A stretch of DNA of 64,000 nt from Oligoflexia bacterium (GTDB lineage: Bacteria > Bdellovibrionota > UBA1018 > CAIPTA01). A program made the translations under genes and the position numbers. Positions 20,461 to 29,490 of the stretch are shown here, in pieces; position 1 is the stretch's first letter, and every line of letters starts with the position of its first letter. The notes under the pieces were generated by a model. The model had not been told where the DNA came from. It saw only the letters and a program-made list of their open reading frames with translations, and made no database searches. The stretch spans positions 68,361-132,360 of the forward strand of contig JAMLID010000001.1 of assembly GCA_023954355.1 (NCBI GenBank), written 5' to 3'.

Positions 20461-21180
20461 CTATACAGGTAACCCAGCTTTAATTTTTGGAGCTGTAATA
20501 GTCACCATTCCCTCACTATAGGTTTTTTGGATTTTCTTTACATCAATGGGTTCTCTTAGGGCAATTTGCTCTACTACAGATTGATACGAATTTGTTTTAG
20601 TTTTGCGTCCGGCCTCAGGGTTTTCTCCTGCTTCTTGAAATCTTCTTGATAGAGAAACTTTTAGAGTATTGCCTTCGCCAACCACGAAAAGGTTTTCTAG
20701 CTCGTGTTTGGGTAATTTGATATTCACTTTATAAATTGAATCATCTTCAGAGACTTCTGGATTCAAAGATTGAATTCGATAAAATGGGTCTTCTGATTGC
20801 TCTGTGATTTGTCGTATTTTCTCCATAGAAGTCAGTCTATGGTCATTGATTGTTTTTTCTGCCACATTGTCGATTAGTTGCATTTGCTTTTGAGCAGAGT
20901 CGGCTAATTTTTGGTAGTGTTCTTGTGAACTATTGTTTAGTTGGTGCACTCGATCAGAGTTTATTTTTTTAGCAATTTCATATTTTTGTTCGGCATTTTT
21001 GGAAATTTCTACTAGAGAACGTTCTGTTTTATCGGTCTCGTCTTTTATGATCTTGCTTCTTGCGGTTTCCATTCGAGAACGTTCAAGCTCTAGGGCGTTT
21101 TTTTCATCCTCTAATTCTCGACGCTTTTGCGCCAAGTACTTTGCTTGAGAATCTGTATTATTTGTTTTTTCAACACTCAT
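20461..21180 (-). CDS. Coiled-coil protein with C-terminal Hsp20/alpha-crystallin-like domain
   Basis: About 140 N-terminal residues of heptad-like charged sequence, then ...YKVNIKLPKHELENLFVVGEGNTLKVS...EGMVTITAPK, an alpha-crystallin-domain signature. Confidence 0.5.
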   Translation of the reverse strand: MSVEKTNNTDSQAKYLAQKRRELEDEKNALELERSRMETARSKIIKDETDKTERSLVEISKNAEQKYEIAKKINSDRVHQLNNSSQEHYQKLADSAQKQMQLIDNVAEKTINDHRLTSMEKIRQITEQSEDPFYRIQSLNPEVSEDDSIYKVNIKLPKHELENLFVVGEGNTLKVSLSRRFQEAGENPEAGRKTKTNSYQSVVEQIALREPIDVKKIQKTYSEGMVTITAPKIKAGLPV

Positions 21181-21194
21181 AAAAAATCCAAATT

Positions 21195-21590
21195 TTAGTG
21201 TCTGAATCCTTGATGTTCTTCTGCAGAGTTTTGTACGATGCTTAAGAAAACCTTTGCTACATCGTCGTAGATTTCAGGTTCTAGCGTTGCTAAAAACGCC
21301 TTTTTTTCTGTAATTGATTTTCGAAGAATAACTTGTTCTAAAAGTTGTTCTGCTTTTGTAACTCTTTCATTTCTTTCGTTAGAATTTATATAAGGAGCTA
21401 CTCTTAATAGTGTTTTTTCATCAAACAATAAATGAATACCATTAGCCGAACTAGAAACTAAGTAGTTAACTTCTTTTAGCTGGTCTTCGTTAACATAGAT
21501 CATGTTTTTCTGCCTCCATGCAGTCATTTGGACTCTGTCCCTGAGTCCTATACACCACCTATATTTAAGTGTATCGAATAAATGCAGCAT
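21195..21590 (-). CDS. Hypothetical protein (true start possibly at internal Met, about 21506)
   Basis: ORF only. Lies 15 nt upstream of the Hsp20-like gene on the same strand. Confidence 0.3.
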   Translation of the reverse strand: MLHLFDTLKYRWCIGLRDRVQMTAWRQKNMIYVNEDQLKEVNYLVSSSANGIHLLFDEKTLLRVAPYINSNERNERVTKAEQLLEQVILRKSITEKKAFLATLEPEIYDDVAKVFLSIVQNSAEEHQGFRH

Positions 21591-21631
21591 TCTGCAAGTA
21601 GTCCGTGATACACTGAATAAGAGGGGGCTAA

Positions 21632-22510
21632 ATGAGCAAAAAACGTTGGAAATTTGGGGACTTTTGTCAATCCTGCCGAATGCCCTTAAATACCGATGAA
21701 AAAATTGTATACGTAGAAGAGTCTACGCATCGGTTTTTTTGCTCAGAAAAGTGTATTCGCGACTATTATGATCCGATGGCTGAAGCCATGAAAGAGCAGC
21801 TTTTTGATTTAAGAGATCCACACGATATTCCTGAGGCAGACTTTTCAAACTACGAAAGTTATGCACCCCTATGTTTATCGAATCCAGATGAAGTCTGGGA
21901 AGAAGTTTTAGCAAACGGCGAATCGTACACAATTTTTATGGCAAATTTTTCTAATGAATCTGGAAAATTTACCTACATCGTTGTGGCATTTTGCTTAGAA
22001 TATGAGCCCACTTATATTCTTCTCTCGTTTCCCACAAAAGATAAAAGAATTTTAGAAGAGTTTCGTATCGGTACTAGAGTAGAGTTAGAAACTTCTGAAG
22101 AAGAGGCATTGTCACAAGAAACAGCTGTAAGTTCTTTGTTGGCGAGTGATTATGTTTCAAATCAAGGCGATGCAATCCAAGACGAAATGATGGCGTTTCG
22201 CTCTCAGGATGATATTCCAAAAGAAGAATTTGAAGATTATCAACATTTGCTAGAGCAGACCATAGAAGGCCCTGATGAAGTGTGGGAACTATTAGATCCA
22301 GAGGGAAATACGTTGTTGACTTTAATTTCTCAGGCAGACGAAAATGTCAGTTATGTGGTGATTTGCACTCTTGACGAAGCAGAAGATGGTCAGCAAGAAA
22401 GTTGGAGAGTTGTATATTCGTTTCCCACAAAAGACCCCGCCTTGGTGCAACGCTATCGTAGAGGCGTGCCCAGAGAAGGGGGCGGAGCTAAAGCCTCGTT
22501 CTTACATTAA
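21632..22510 (+). CDS. Acidic protein with N-terminal FCS/MYM-type zinc-finger-like motif and an internally duplicated domain
   Basis: CQSC...(22 aa)...FCSEKC. Two paralogous modules of about 60 aa each (DEVWEEVL...SFPTKDKRILEEFRIG and DEVWELLD...SFPTKDPALVQRYRRG). Confidence 0.4.
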   Translation: MSKKRWKFGDFCQSCRMPLNTDEKIVYVEESTHRFFCSEKCIRDYYDPMAEAMKEQLFDLRDPHDIPEADFSNYESYAPLCLSNPDEVWEEVLANGESYTIFMANFSNESGKFTYIVVAFCLEYEPTYILLSFPTKDKRILEEFRIGTRVELETSEEEALSQETAVSSLLASDYVSNQGDAIQDEMMAFRSQDDIPKEEFEDYQHLLEQTIEGPDEVWELLDPEGNTLLTLISQADENVSYVVICTLDEAEDGQQESWRVVYSFPTKDPALVQRYRRGVPREGGGAKASFLH

Positions 22511-22519
22511 AAGATATTT

Positions 22520-22744
22520 TTATACTTTTTCTTCTTCTTTTATAGATTCTTTTTTTGAGTCTTCAGTCTCGGCATGAGTAATTTGTTCTTTTTTATTTAC
22601 AGCTTCTTCAGACCCATTCATAGCATCTTTAAAGTTTTTCATTGTTCGTCCTATGCTATGACCAAGATCAGGGAGCTTTTTCGGGCCAAAAAGTATGAGA
22701 ACAATTACGACTAAAAGGAGGTGTTCTCCAGATATTCCAAACAT
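22520..22744 (-). CDS. tatA: Twin-arginine translocase subunit TatA/E
   Basis: [39 protein letters not shown]: transmembrane helix plus amphipathic helix with the FGPKKLP hinge. 74 aa. Confidence 0.8.
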   Translation of the reverse strand: MFGISGEHLLLVVIVLILFGPKKLPDLGHSIGRTMKNFKDAMNGSEEAVNKKEQITHAETEDSKKESIKEEEKV

Positions 22745-22811
22745 AAAATACCTCTTTCATGACAGGTATAAAGCGATCTGCCTAGGATTGCAAATGATTG
22801 TATGGCAGTTC

Positions 22812-23300
22812 TTAAGGTGTATAAATGATGGCGTGAGGGGGGGGGTAGGCTGCACTTCCAGAAATGTATTGAGCCATTCCATTCATATCTGCCGCAGAGA
22901 AGAAATATAAATATTTATAATCTGCAGAAGAGAGCACTATATCTGCTTGTCCATCGATGCCTATGCAGGTTGGGCTGTATACCTGCGTATCGCTTCTTGG
23001 AGCGATGCACATGGAGTCTCTAGGAAAATCGGCCTTTACGCGGATTCTCACAATTTTTCTGTCTTCTAAACTAATACAAACACTGCTGCTATTGAATACT
23101 TGTGCATAAGAAGGGTTGCTGCCAGAAACAACATTAAAATTTTTGCATGATCCAAAATTTGAAAGTGCACTTGGGCTAATCGTAATATGTGTTTGGCTTC
23201 CGAGGCGATCTTGGTCTTTTAAGCTAATGCCCTTGTCAGCATTTCCACAGCCTTGGAATATGGCTAATATTGTTATGAATAGTACAATCTTACTTTTCAT
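22812..23300 (-). CDS. Putative lipoprotein
   Basis: Lipobox LAIFQGC after a signal peptide. Confidence 0.45.
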   Translation of the reverse strand: MKSKIVLFITILAIFQGCGNADKGISLKDQDRLGSQTHITISPSALSNFGSCKNFNVVSGSNPSYAQVFNSSSVCISLEDRKIVRIRVKADFPRDSMCIAPRSDTQVYSPTCIGIDGQADIVLSSADYKYLYFFSAADMNGMAQYISGSAAYPPPHAIIYTP

Positions 23301-23545
23301 TGTGACCCTTTCTCATAACCTATGCAAAATCACGGGGAGTAAAGGGCGCTGGAGCATTGCTAGGTTGTAAGAACAGATACAAGATTAATGCCAGAAGGTT
23401 CTTTGGCGCTTTTTACGGTATACTAGCGATTTTCTAGGTTTTAAGACTGCTTGTATATTCGTTAGATAGTAGACAACTGTCTAAAAAACTAACAGTGACG
23501 AAAATCCTTTTTTTTTGAGATAATAAGAAAGAGGGAGTAGCTCCA

Positions 23546-24319
23546 ATGAGCGAGAAGAAGAACTTTGTTACATTTCAACCTGGGTGGGCTTTTGCCTTTT
23601 CATTCTTCTGGGGAACGGATCATTACGGATTTCGTGAAACTCTTGGGAGAAAAGCTTTAAAAATTCCGCTCTCTTCTATCAAGAAAATTTATCAAATTGA
23701 ATGTAAGCCGATTATCGGTTTAGGAGCAGGTCATCGATATATGGTAGAATACCGATCAGAAATGCGGGACTGCTTAATCTCGTTGGAAACACTTCCTGAA
23801 GAAGTTGATTCGTTTGAAAAAATTAAGGTTTCTTCTGCTGGAGCTCTTTTGCTAATGGCAAAAGGACTTATTCAAGAGCCAATGGCTCTCTTATTGCCTC
23901 TAGGTTTGCCCGTGTCGATGATGCTTTTAATGTTGATGTACTTGATGTGGAGCCAATATGTTTTACAGAATCCAGATGTATTGGCATTTTTTGTCCGTGA
24001 GGGATGTGATAAAAACTGCGTCTATAAAGTACTAAGTTTTCACTCGTTAGTGTTCTTTTTATTTATACTACAGCTATCTGTGATGATTTTACCGTTAGCT
24101 TTTTATTACTTCCAGTCTTCAAGATTTAGAACAGCATTTAGTTATCGAATGGCACAGACTTATACTGTGGCCTCAGTAATGGTAGGTGTTTTCGTCTTTG
24201 TTCAATTAATGATTTTTTTCCCCTTTAAGCAATATTCAAGGTTTATTGGTTTAGGGTTTGGTCCAAAGGTAGAAAAGATCCTAAAAAAATCGACAGAGAA
24301 ACCCGCTAAGCCGCACTAG
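23546..24319 (+). CDS. Hypothetical membrane protein
   Basis: Multiple hydrophobic segments. No motif recognised. Confidence 0.35.
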   Translation: MSEKKNFVTFQPGWAFAFSFFWGTDHYGFRETLGRKALKIPLSSIKKIYQIECKPIIGLGAGHRYMVEYRSEMRDCLISLETLPEEVDSFEKIKVSSAGALLLMAKGLIQEPMALLLPLGLPVSMMLLMLMYLMWSQYVLQNPDVLAFFVREGCDKNCVYKVLSFHSLVFFLFILQLSVMILPLAFYYFQSSRFRTAFSYRMAQTYTVASVMVGVFVFVQLMIFFPFKQYSRFIGLGFGPKVEKILKKSTEKPAKPH

Positions 24320-24824
24320 AATCTATGTTGTCAGTAGTAGGACCGGTCTCTTTTTGATCGATTGTTTCATTACTATCTATTCGAATTACTTTTGTTTTTG
24401 CTAATAAGTCGTGAAGTGCTTTTTTATCTTCTCTAAATAACGGAAGTAGAAAACCTATTCCAAGAGTTAGCTGACCACTTAGAAGATAGGCAAAAGAGCG
24501 GCCCAGTGATTGTCCAAAGGTTAGCTCATCATCTTTTTCAGAGACTACAGAGAGTTTGAAAAAACTTTTGCCTATGGTTTTGCCATACGACCAAAACGAG
24601 ATAGTAAAATAGCTTATGTATACGACTAAATGAGCAAAAGACTGAAAGATTCGATAACCTTGGTTAACTTTTAGATGATCCCAACTTTCTCTAGGATTGG
24701 TTTGTAATAGTAAATAACAGCTTACAATGGCGAATACGCATGTGATTGTTATTAAATACACAGTTAGTAAATCAATTGAGTAAGCTAATGCTCTTTGAGA
24801 ATATTTTGGTTGTCTTTTTGCCAT
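24306..24824 (-). CDS. RDD-family-like membrane protein
   Basis: Small polytopic protein with an N-terminal R..(YS)IDLL pattern resembling RDD family. Weak. Confidence 0.3.
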   Translation of the reverse strand: MAKRQPKYSQRALAYSIDLLTVYLITITCVFAIVSCYLLLQTNPRESWDHLKVNQGYRIFQSFAHLVVYISYFTISFWSYGKTIGKSFFKLSVVSEKDDELTFGQSLGRSFAYLLSGQLTLGIGFLLPLFREDKKALHDLLAKTKVIRIDSNETIDQKETGPTTDNIDSSAA

Positions 24825-24832
24825 ACCAAAAC

Positions 24833-26440
24833 TTATCGGAGGCTACGGGCTCTCCTAAAGAGAAAAGCCCATATACTTAGACAAAAGATTAGAGATAAAT
24901 AGAAGAACCAGTCTCCAATTCGTGTATAGAGTGTGGGGGAGTGATTTTTTAACATTTCTACAGGTAATATTTGTTGTGCTTCTACAAAAGGCAGACTGAT
25001 TAGTTTTGTCTCTCCCGTTATCGATACCGTGCCCGAGAGTCCTGTATTAGTTGCACGGATAGTGGGAATTCTGTGTTCAATGCTTCTGATTTGGGCTAAT
25101 TGAAAATGTTGCCAAGGCTCGAAAGTATCACCAAACCAGGAGTCTTTTGTGAGGTTTACAAAGACTTGAGCGCCGTTTTTGGCCATTTGTCTCATAAAGC
25201 GAAGAAGAATAGCTTCATAACAAATATTTACACCAAGTAAGTAGGTAGAGTCTTTTGAATGAAACTCAATTGGGAAAGGGCCTTCTCCGCGGCCAAAATC
25301 TCCCATTTGAGGGTTAAGGGTTTTTAGCGAAGGGAAGTATTGATCAAAAGGCATATACTCACCAAAAACTAAGAGTACTTCTTTTTGGTAGGATGTTTTG
25401 TAGGTCCCATCCTTATCGAGCAAAATGCCTGAGTTGAATTCCTTTTTAGAGAAACGTTCGTAGCCACCAAATAGGAGTGGTACTTGAATACTAGCGACGG
25501 CCGACCTTACTAAGTTCGCATATCCATAAGCCAAAGAACTTGATAATCCCTCTTTAGTAGGAAAAACAATTGGATAAGCAGTCTCAGGCCACAGTACTAA
25601 ATCTGGTTTTGACTCTTTAAAGGTAGAGGTCATATTGATCAACTTTTGTATTACTTGATCGAGCGAACTTTCACCTTTGCCTTGAAAAGCACTTGCTTCA
25701 AGATCTGCTATATTGTGCTGTATGAGGCCGATTTGTAATGTATTTTTTTCTGCAATACTTAATGCTTTAATTTCGTATTTTCCCCAAAAGTGAGCACTGG
25801 CGATTAGTAAAATCGATAAAGTAAACATTGGTAAGGCAAATTTTTTGCGTTTATAGAGAAAATAGAAAGAAGAACCAAAAAACAGGGGCAGAAAGCTTAA
25901 TAGACTAATGCCTCCTAAACTTGCTATTTGAGAGATATTAGTAAAGTAAACAAGTGGGCTTGCCGCATATTCAGGAAAAACTTTTAACTCGCCGGCTAGA
26001 TAGTCAAGGCTTATGTAGAGCATTGGCCAAAATAGAATTTTTAAAACAGACGGCAAAAGATCTATATTTTTTTTTGCGTAAAAAGAGATGATATAAAACA
26101 GCAAAATTTGTGGAGCAGCAATTAGGCAATAAGCAATTTGTAAGGCTATGGCTAGAGGTAAGGGAAATCCACCGAAGTTTTGGGCTACGTAAACGATCCA
26201 CATAAACCCTCCCCAAGAAATCATGGTAGATAAGAGAAGGCCAAGGCCAATGGATTGCTTTAGTGACTGAGTCGTATAAATAGAGCCTAAAAGGGCTGGA
26301 AAGAATAAAAATAGCAAAATGGGAATGTCCCATCGAGGAAAAGCTAAAACGTAAAAGATACCTGCGAAAATTGCCCAAATATTTGCTTTGTGTGCTAGCC
26401 TTTTAATCATGGAAGCTAATATACCTTCTAAACATATCAA
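24833..26440 (-). CDS. lnt: Apolipoprotein N-acyltransferase
   Basis: About 7 N-terminal transmembrane segments, then a CN-hydrolase domain with catalytic-Cys context NICYEAIL and ...DSWFGDT.... Confidence 0.8.
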   Translation of the reverse strand: MICLEGILASMIKRLAHKANIWAIFAGIFYVLAFPRWDIPILLFLFFPALLGSIYTTQSLKQSIGLGLLLSTMISWGGFMWIVYVAQNFGGFPLPLAIALQIAYCLIAAPQILLFYIISFYAKKNIDLLPSVLKILFWPMLYISLDYLAGELKVFPEYAASPLVYFTNISQIASLGGISLLSFLPLFFGSSFYFLYKRKKFALPMFTLSILLIASAHFWGKYEIKALSIAEKNTLQIGLIQHNIADLEASAFQGKGESSLDQVIQKLINMTSTFKESKPDLVLWPETAYPIVFPTKEGLSSSLAYGYANLVRSAVASIQVPLLFGGYERFSKKEFNSGILLDKDGTYKTSYQKEVLLVFGEYMPFDQYFPSLKTLNPQMGDFGRGEGPFPIEFHSKDSTYLLGVNICYEAILLRFMRQMAKNGAQVFVNLTKDSWFGDTFEPWQHFQLAQIRSIEHRIPTIRATNTGLSGTVSITGETKLISLPFVEAQQILPVEMLKNHSPTLYTRIGDWFFYLSLIFCLSIWAFLFRRARSLR

Positions 26441-27005
26441 TCGAAAAGAGTTTGAATGTAGAGACTGTGGTTTTTTAAATTTTGTCTCAATCGAGGGGTC
26501 TACATATAAGTGTCAAAATTGTGGAAATATAGAACTTTTCGATTTGGCTAAAGAAAAAAGCATTCAAGAACATAAAACGGAAGTAGTCGAGCCAATAAAA
26601 ACAATTGTTGCTGATGGCCGTAGAGTGCAAAAAATTATTGAACGCTATCAAACTGAGTGGCAGATGTGGTCTGCCTTAGTTGGAGATTTTTCTAATCATG
26701 AACTTCATGCTGCATATCTATCCATTTCGCTTTTAGAAAACAAAGTTGATGTGGCAACGGAGCGCTATAAAAAACACAGATCAGTAATGGTTTTAAGTGG
26801 CGATACATACTGGCAAGCAGAGATAGCCGACCATTATCTAGAAAAATTAAGCCAATTAGCTTTTGTTCGTGTCGAGCAAGAGGGGAGAAAGTGGAATCCT
26901 TTGCCTGAATGGTTATATTTACTTCCTCAAACGTCTCCAGTTCTTCGCATCGGTTGGATCGTTTTAGGAATTTTACTAGTCGCTAAAATTTTTAGATATA
27001 TTTGA
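26388..27005 (+). CDS. Hypothetical protein with N-terminal zinc ribbon and C-terminal transmembrane anchor
   Basis: CRDC...(17 aa)...CQNC, then a C-terminal hydrophobic helix. Its 5' end overlaps the lnt start on the other strand. Confidence 0.35.
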   Translation: MCASLLIMEANIPSKHINRKEFECRDCGFLNFVSIEGSTYKCQNCGNIELFDLAKEKSIQEHKTEVVEPIKTIVADGRRVQKIIERYQTEWQMWSALVGDFSNHELHAAYLSISLLENKVDVATERYKKHRSVMVLSGDTYWQAEIADHYLEKLSQLAFVRVEQEGRKWNPLPEWLYLLPQTSPVLRIGWIVLGILLVAKIFRYI

Positions 27006-27038
27006 AAGAAGCTTTTGTTGTTGAGATCAATAAAAAGG

Positions 27039-27135
27039 TTGAATCAGCAAACGAAAAATCTTTATGCCATCATGGCGTCCCGTAGTGGATGGTTTTGTGG
27101 AGAAGGGATATAAGATTTTTCGTTTGCTGATTCAG
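27039..27135. repeat. 22-bp perfect inverted repeat (gaatcagcaaacgaaaaatctt / aagatttttcgtttgctgattc) with an ~50-nt GC-richer spacer, between convergent genes
   Basis: Read directly from the sequence. Arms at 27041-27062 and 27113-27134. Confidence 0.6.
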
Positions 27136-27151
27136 TGTGTTGCGCGTAATT

Positions 27152-28324
27152 TTAGTGAAAGGCTATATCGCGTTTAGGCTTGGCGTTTGTTTTTTCTTGC
27201 TTCGCCTCTTGAGCTTCTTCACTTTCTAATTTTGTTAGAATTTTGCTATTGGCACCGTCACGTTTAGCTAATGTTAGTTTCAGTGCTTTATAGGCGTTTA
27301 CTTTTCCGCCAGAAGTAACCTTGGCCTCGAGTGAATCAACCTTATCAACAGACTTCATGATAATTTCTCGAACATCAGCAGGCTTCAGCTTTGGATTTTC
27401 GCTAAGAATTAGAGCAGCGATTCCAGTAACAAATGCAGTTGCTTGGCTTGTTCCTGTTAAGTAACCGTATCGACCTTTTGGAAAGGTAGAAAAAATGTTT
27501 TCGCCAGGTGCGGCTACGTGAACATGCTTTTTGCCCCAGTTAGAGCTAGCAATAAGTTTGTTTTTGCTATTCGTAGCGGCTACTGAAATGATATTTGATA
27601 GACCGTAAGCAGCTGGATAGTAAGAGTGCTCTGGCTCATCTGTGTTTTCGTATTCGTTACCAGCTGCAGCTACGAAGAGAATTCCTTTTTCTTCAGCGCG
27701 TTTGATCGCTTTAAGTTCAGCAGCACTAAATTCTGTACCACCGCCAGAGTAGTTGATGATATCGGCCCCGTTGTCGATGGCATAATGGATTGCTTTAACG
27801 GTATTTGCTAAATTTTGTGCACCACTTACGGTGTCCGAGTAGTATCTAACAGCCATAATACAAATATTTGGGGCTACACCAATAGCACCAGCTTTAGCTT
27901 TGGCTGTTGCGCCTAAAATGCCGGCAACATGAGTCCCGTGACCGTGCTTATCTTCTGGGTTCTTTTTAGAGGTAACAAAGTCGTAACCGTATTCGCCATT
28001 GCTGTTTTTACAAATGGCATCTTTTAAGTCTGGATGGTTAGGGTCAATACCAGTATCGATAACAAAAACTTTTACTTTTTTACTGCCTTTAGAAATTTTC
28101 CAAGCTCTTCGAGCATCAATATCAGAGTGCTGGTTTTCATCTTCGTTTTCGATGCCCCAGTTTCTAACAATAAAGTCAGCCGGCTCTGTTCTTTTCTTGG
28201 AAAGAGTTGATTTTAAATTATGTACAAGACCAAACGCAGTGGAAGAGTTTATTGCCAAAAAACCTACAGTAGTTAATAGTCCGGCTGCTAAGGCGACTCT
28301 TTTAAATGGATTCAACTTCAACAT
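27152..28324 (-). CDS. Secreted subtilisin-like serine protease (peptidase S8)
   Basis: Catalytic triad contexts VFVIDTGID (Asp), HGTHVAGI (His), GTSQATAFVTG (Ser). Signal peptide. Start set at the internal Met with GGAG upstream; the ORF extends to 28369. Confidence 0.85.
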   Translation of the reverse strand: MLKLNPFKRVALAAGLLTTVGFLAINSSTAFGLVHNLKSTLSKKRTEPADFIVRNWGIENEDENQHSDIDARRAWKISKGSKKVKVFVIDTGIDPNHPDLKDAICKNSNGEYGYDFVTSKKNPEDKHGHGTHVAGILGATAKAKAGAIGVAPNICIMAVRYYSDTVSGAQNLANTVKAIHYAIDNGADIINYSGGGTEFSAAELKAIKRAEEKGILFVAAAGNEYENTDEPEHSYYPAAYGLSNIISVAATNSKNKLIASSNWGKKHVHVAAPGENIFSTFPKGRYGYLTGTSQATAFVTGIAALILSENPKLKPADVREIIMKSVDKVDSLEAKVTSGGKVNAYKALKLTLAKRDGANSKILTKLESEEAQEAKQEKTNAKPKRDIAFH

Positions 28325-28560
28325 GTTTCTAACTCCAACAACAACACAATTTATAATCTCAAGGATCATGACCTCTGCAAAAGCAGCGTCCCCCCTTCTA
28401 AAGCAATGGCTGTGCCAGTAGTTGGCAGGGGCGCGAATGCATTGTAAGTGCCTAATATAAAAGAAGAAAAATGAATAAAAAACACCTGTATCGATAAAGA
28501 GACAGGTGGTTCTGGTGACGAACTTTTAAACAATTGTCAGTGACTGACCGATAGGCAGTT

Positions 28561-29427
28561 ATGACCCGTTCTCTAGCCTTATTTATTGCTTGTCTTGGCA
28601 CCTTGCTTTTTCTGAATCCTATTTTAGCAAGAGCTCAAAAAGATTGGGGCAGTTCCTATTCTTCAATCGATGAGCTAGTTGCAGTATTAGAAAAATCAAA
28701 AACGGGTAAACAGATTATCGAGAAAGCAAAGGGGCGAGATCCAGAAATTTGGATGAAAATAAAACTAGCAGAATCTTCATATACAGAGAGTGTATTTGCC
28801 AGGTCGTATTCGTTACTTGATGGGGGCGAAGAGATAAAAATACGTCACTTGGTGCACTTAAAGAAAGATTTAGGTTTTTCAGATGCCGTTTTAGATTTAG
28901 CCCATGAACTTGTGCATTTTAATCATAAGTCGGTGCTGGACCCTTATGGAGCTAAATTTAATTTAGAGAGTTTTGTTCGTCACGGAATCGAAGGTGAGGG
29001 TGGAGAACTTGAAGCCTTTCGCAATGAATGTTTGGTTTCTTGGGAGTTAGAGCAGAAGATTTCAGATTTCCCTAAGCACAGCCTATGTCAACCGTACAAA
29101 AAGGATGGAAGCTTTGCCTATGAGAAGGCAAAAAATGATTACTACGCTATAGGCTCATGGAAGTTAAGAGAAGAGGTGAGGGTGGCAGTGCCTGAAGTGC
29201 ACCGATCAAAGGTGATCTTCACTAGTAGTTATGCAAGTAAGCCTTACCCGGTGGCACTAGCAGAAGAGTACTATGCGACTAAGCAAGCGGCATGTACGAA
29301 CAATCAAAAGAAGCATCGACTCATAGCATCTCAAGCAGAGTCAGGTAGGGGCTTAGCCTCGATAGGTCAGTTGCAAAAAGAGAAAGAGCGACTAGAGCGA
29401 TATAACGAAGAACACTGTAGCGACTAA
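28561..29427 (+). CDS. Secreted protein with HExxH motif (putative zinc metallopeptidase)
   Basis: Signal peptide. LAHELVHFNH contains HEXXH. No further family assignment. Confidence 0.4.
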   Translation: MTRSLALFIACLGTLLFLNPILARAQKDWGSSYSSIDELVAVLEKSKTGKQIIEKAKGRDPEIWMKIKLAESSYTESVFARSYSLLDGGEEIKIRHLVHLKKDLGFSDAVLDLAHELVHFNHKSVLDPYGAKFNLESFVRHGIEGEGGELEAFRNECLVSWELEQKISDFPKHSLCQPYKKDGSFAYEKAKNDYYAIGSWKLREEVRVAVPEVHRSKVIFTSSYASKPYPVALAEEYYATKQAACTNNQKKHRLIASQAESGRGLASIGQLQKEKERLERYNEEHCSD

Positions 29428-29490
29428 TTAAGTTTAATGACTTGACGTGTCTTTTTATCTGCGTGAATTCGAGTTAGGCTTATCTTATTC

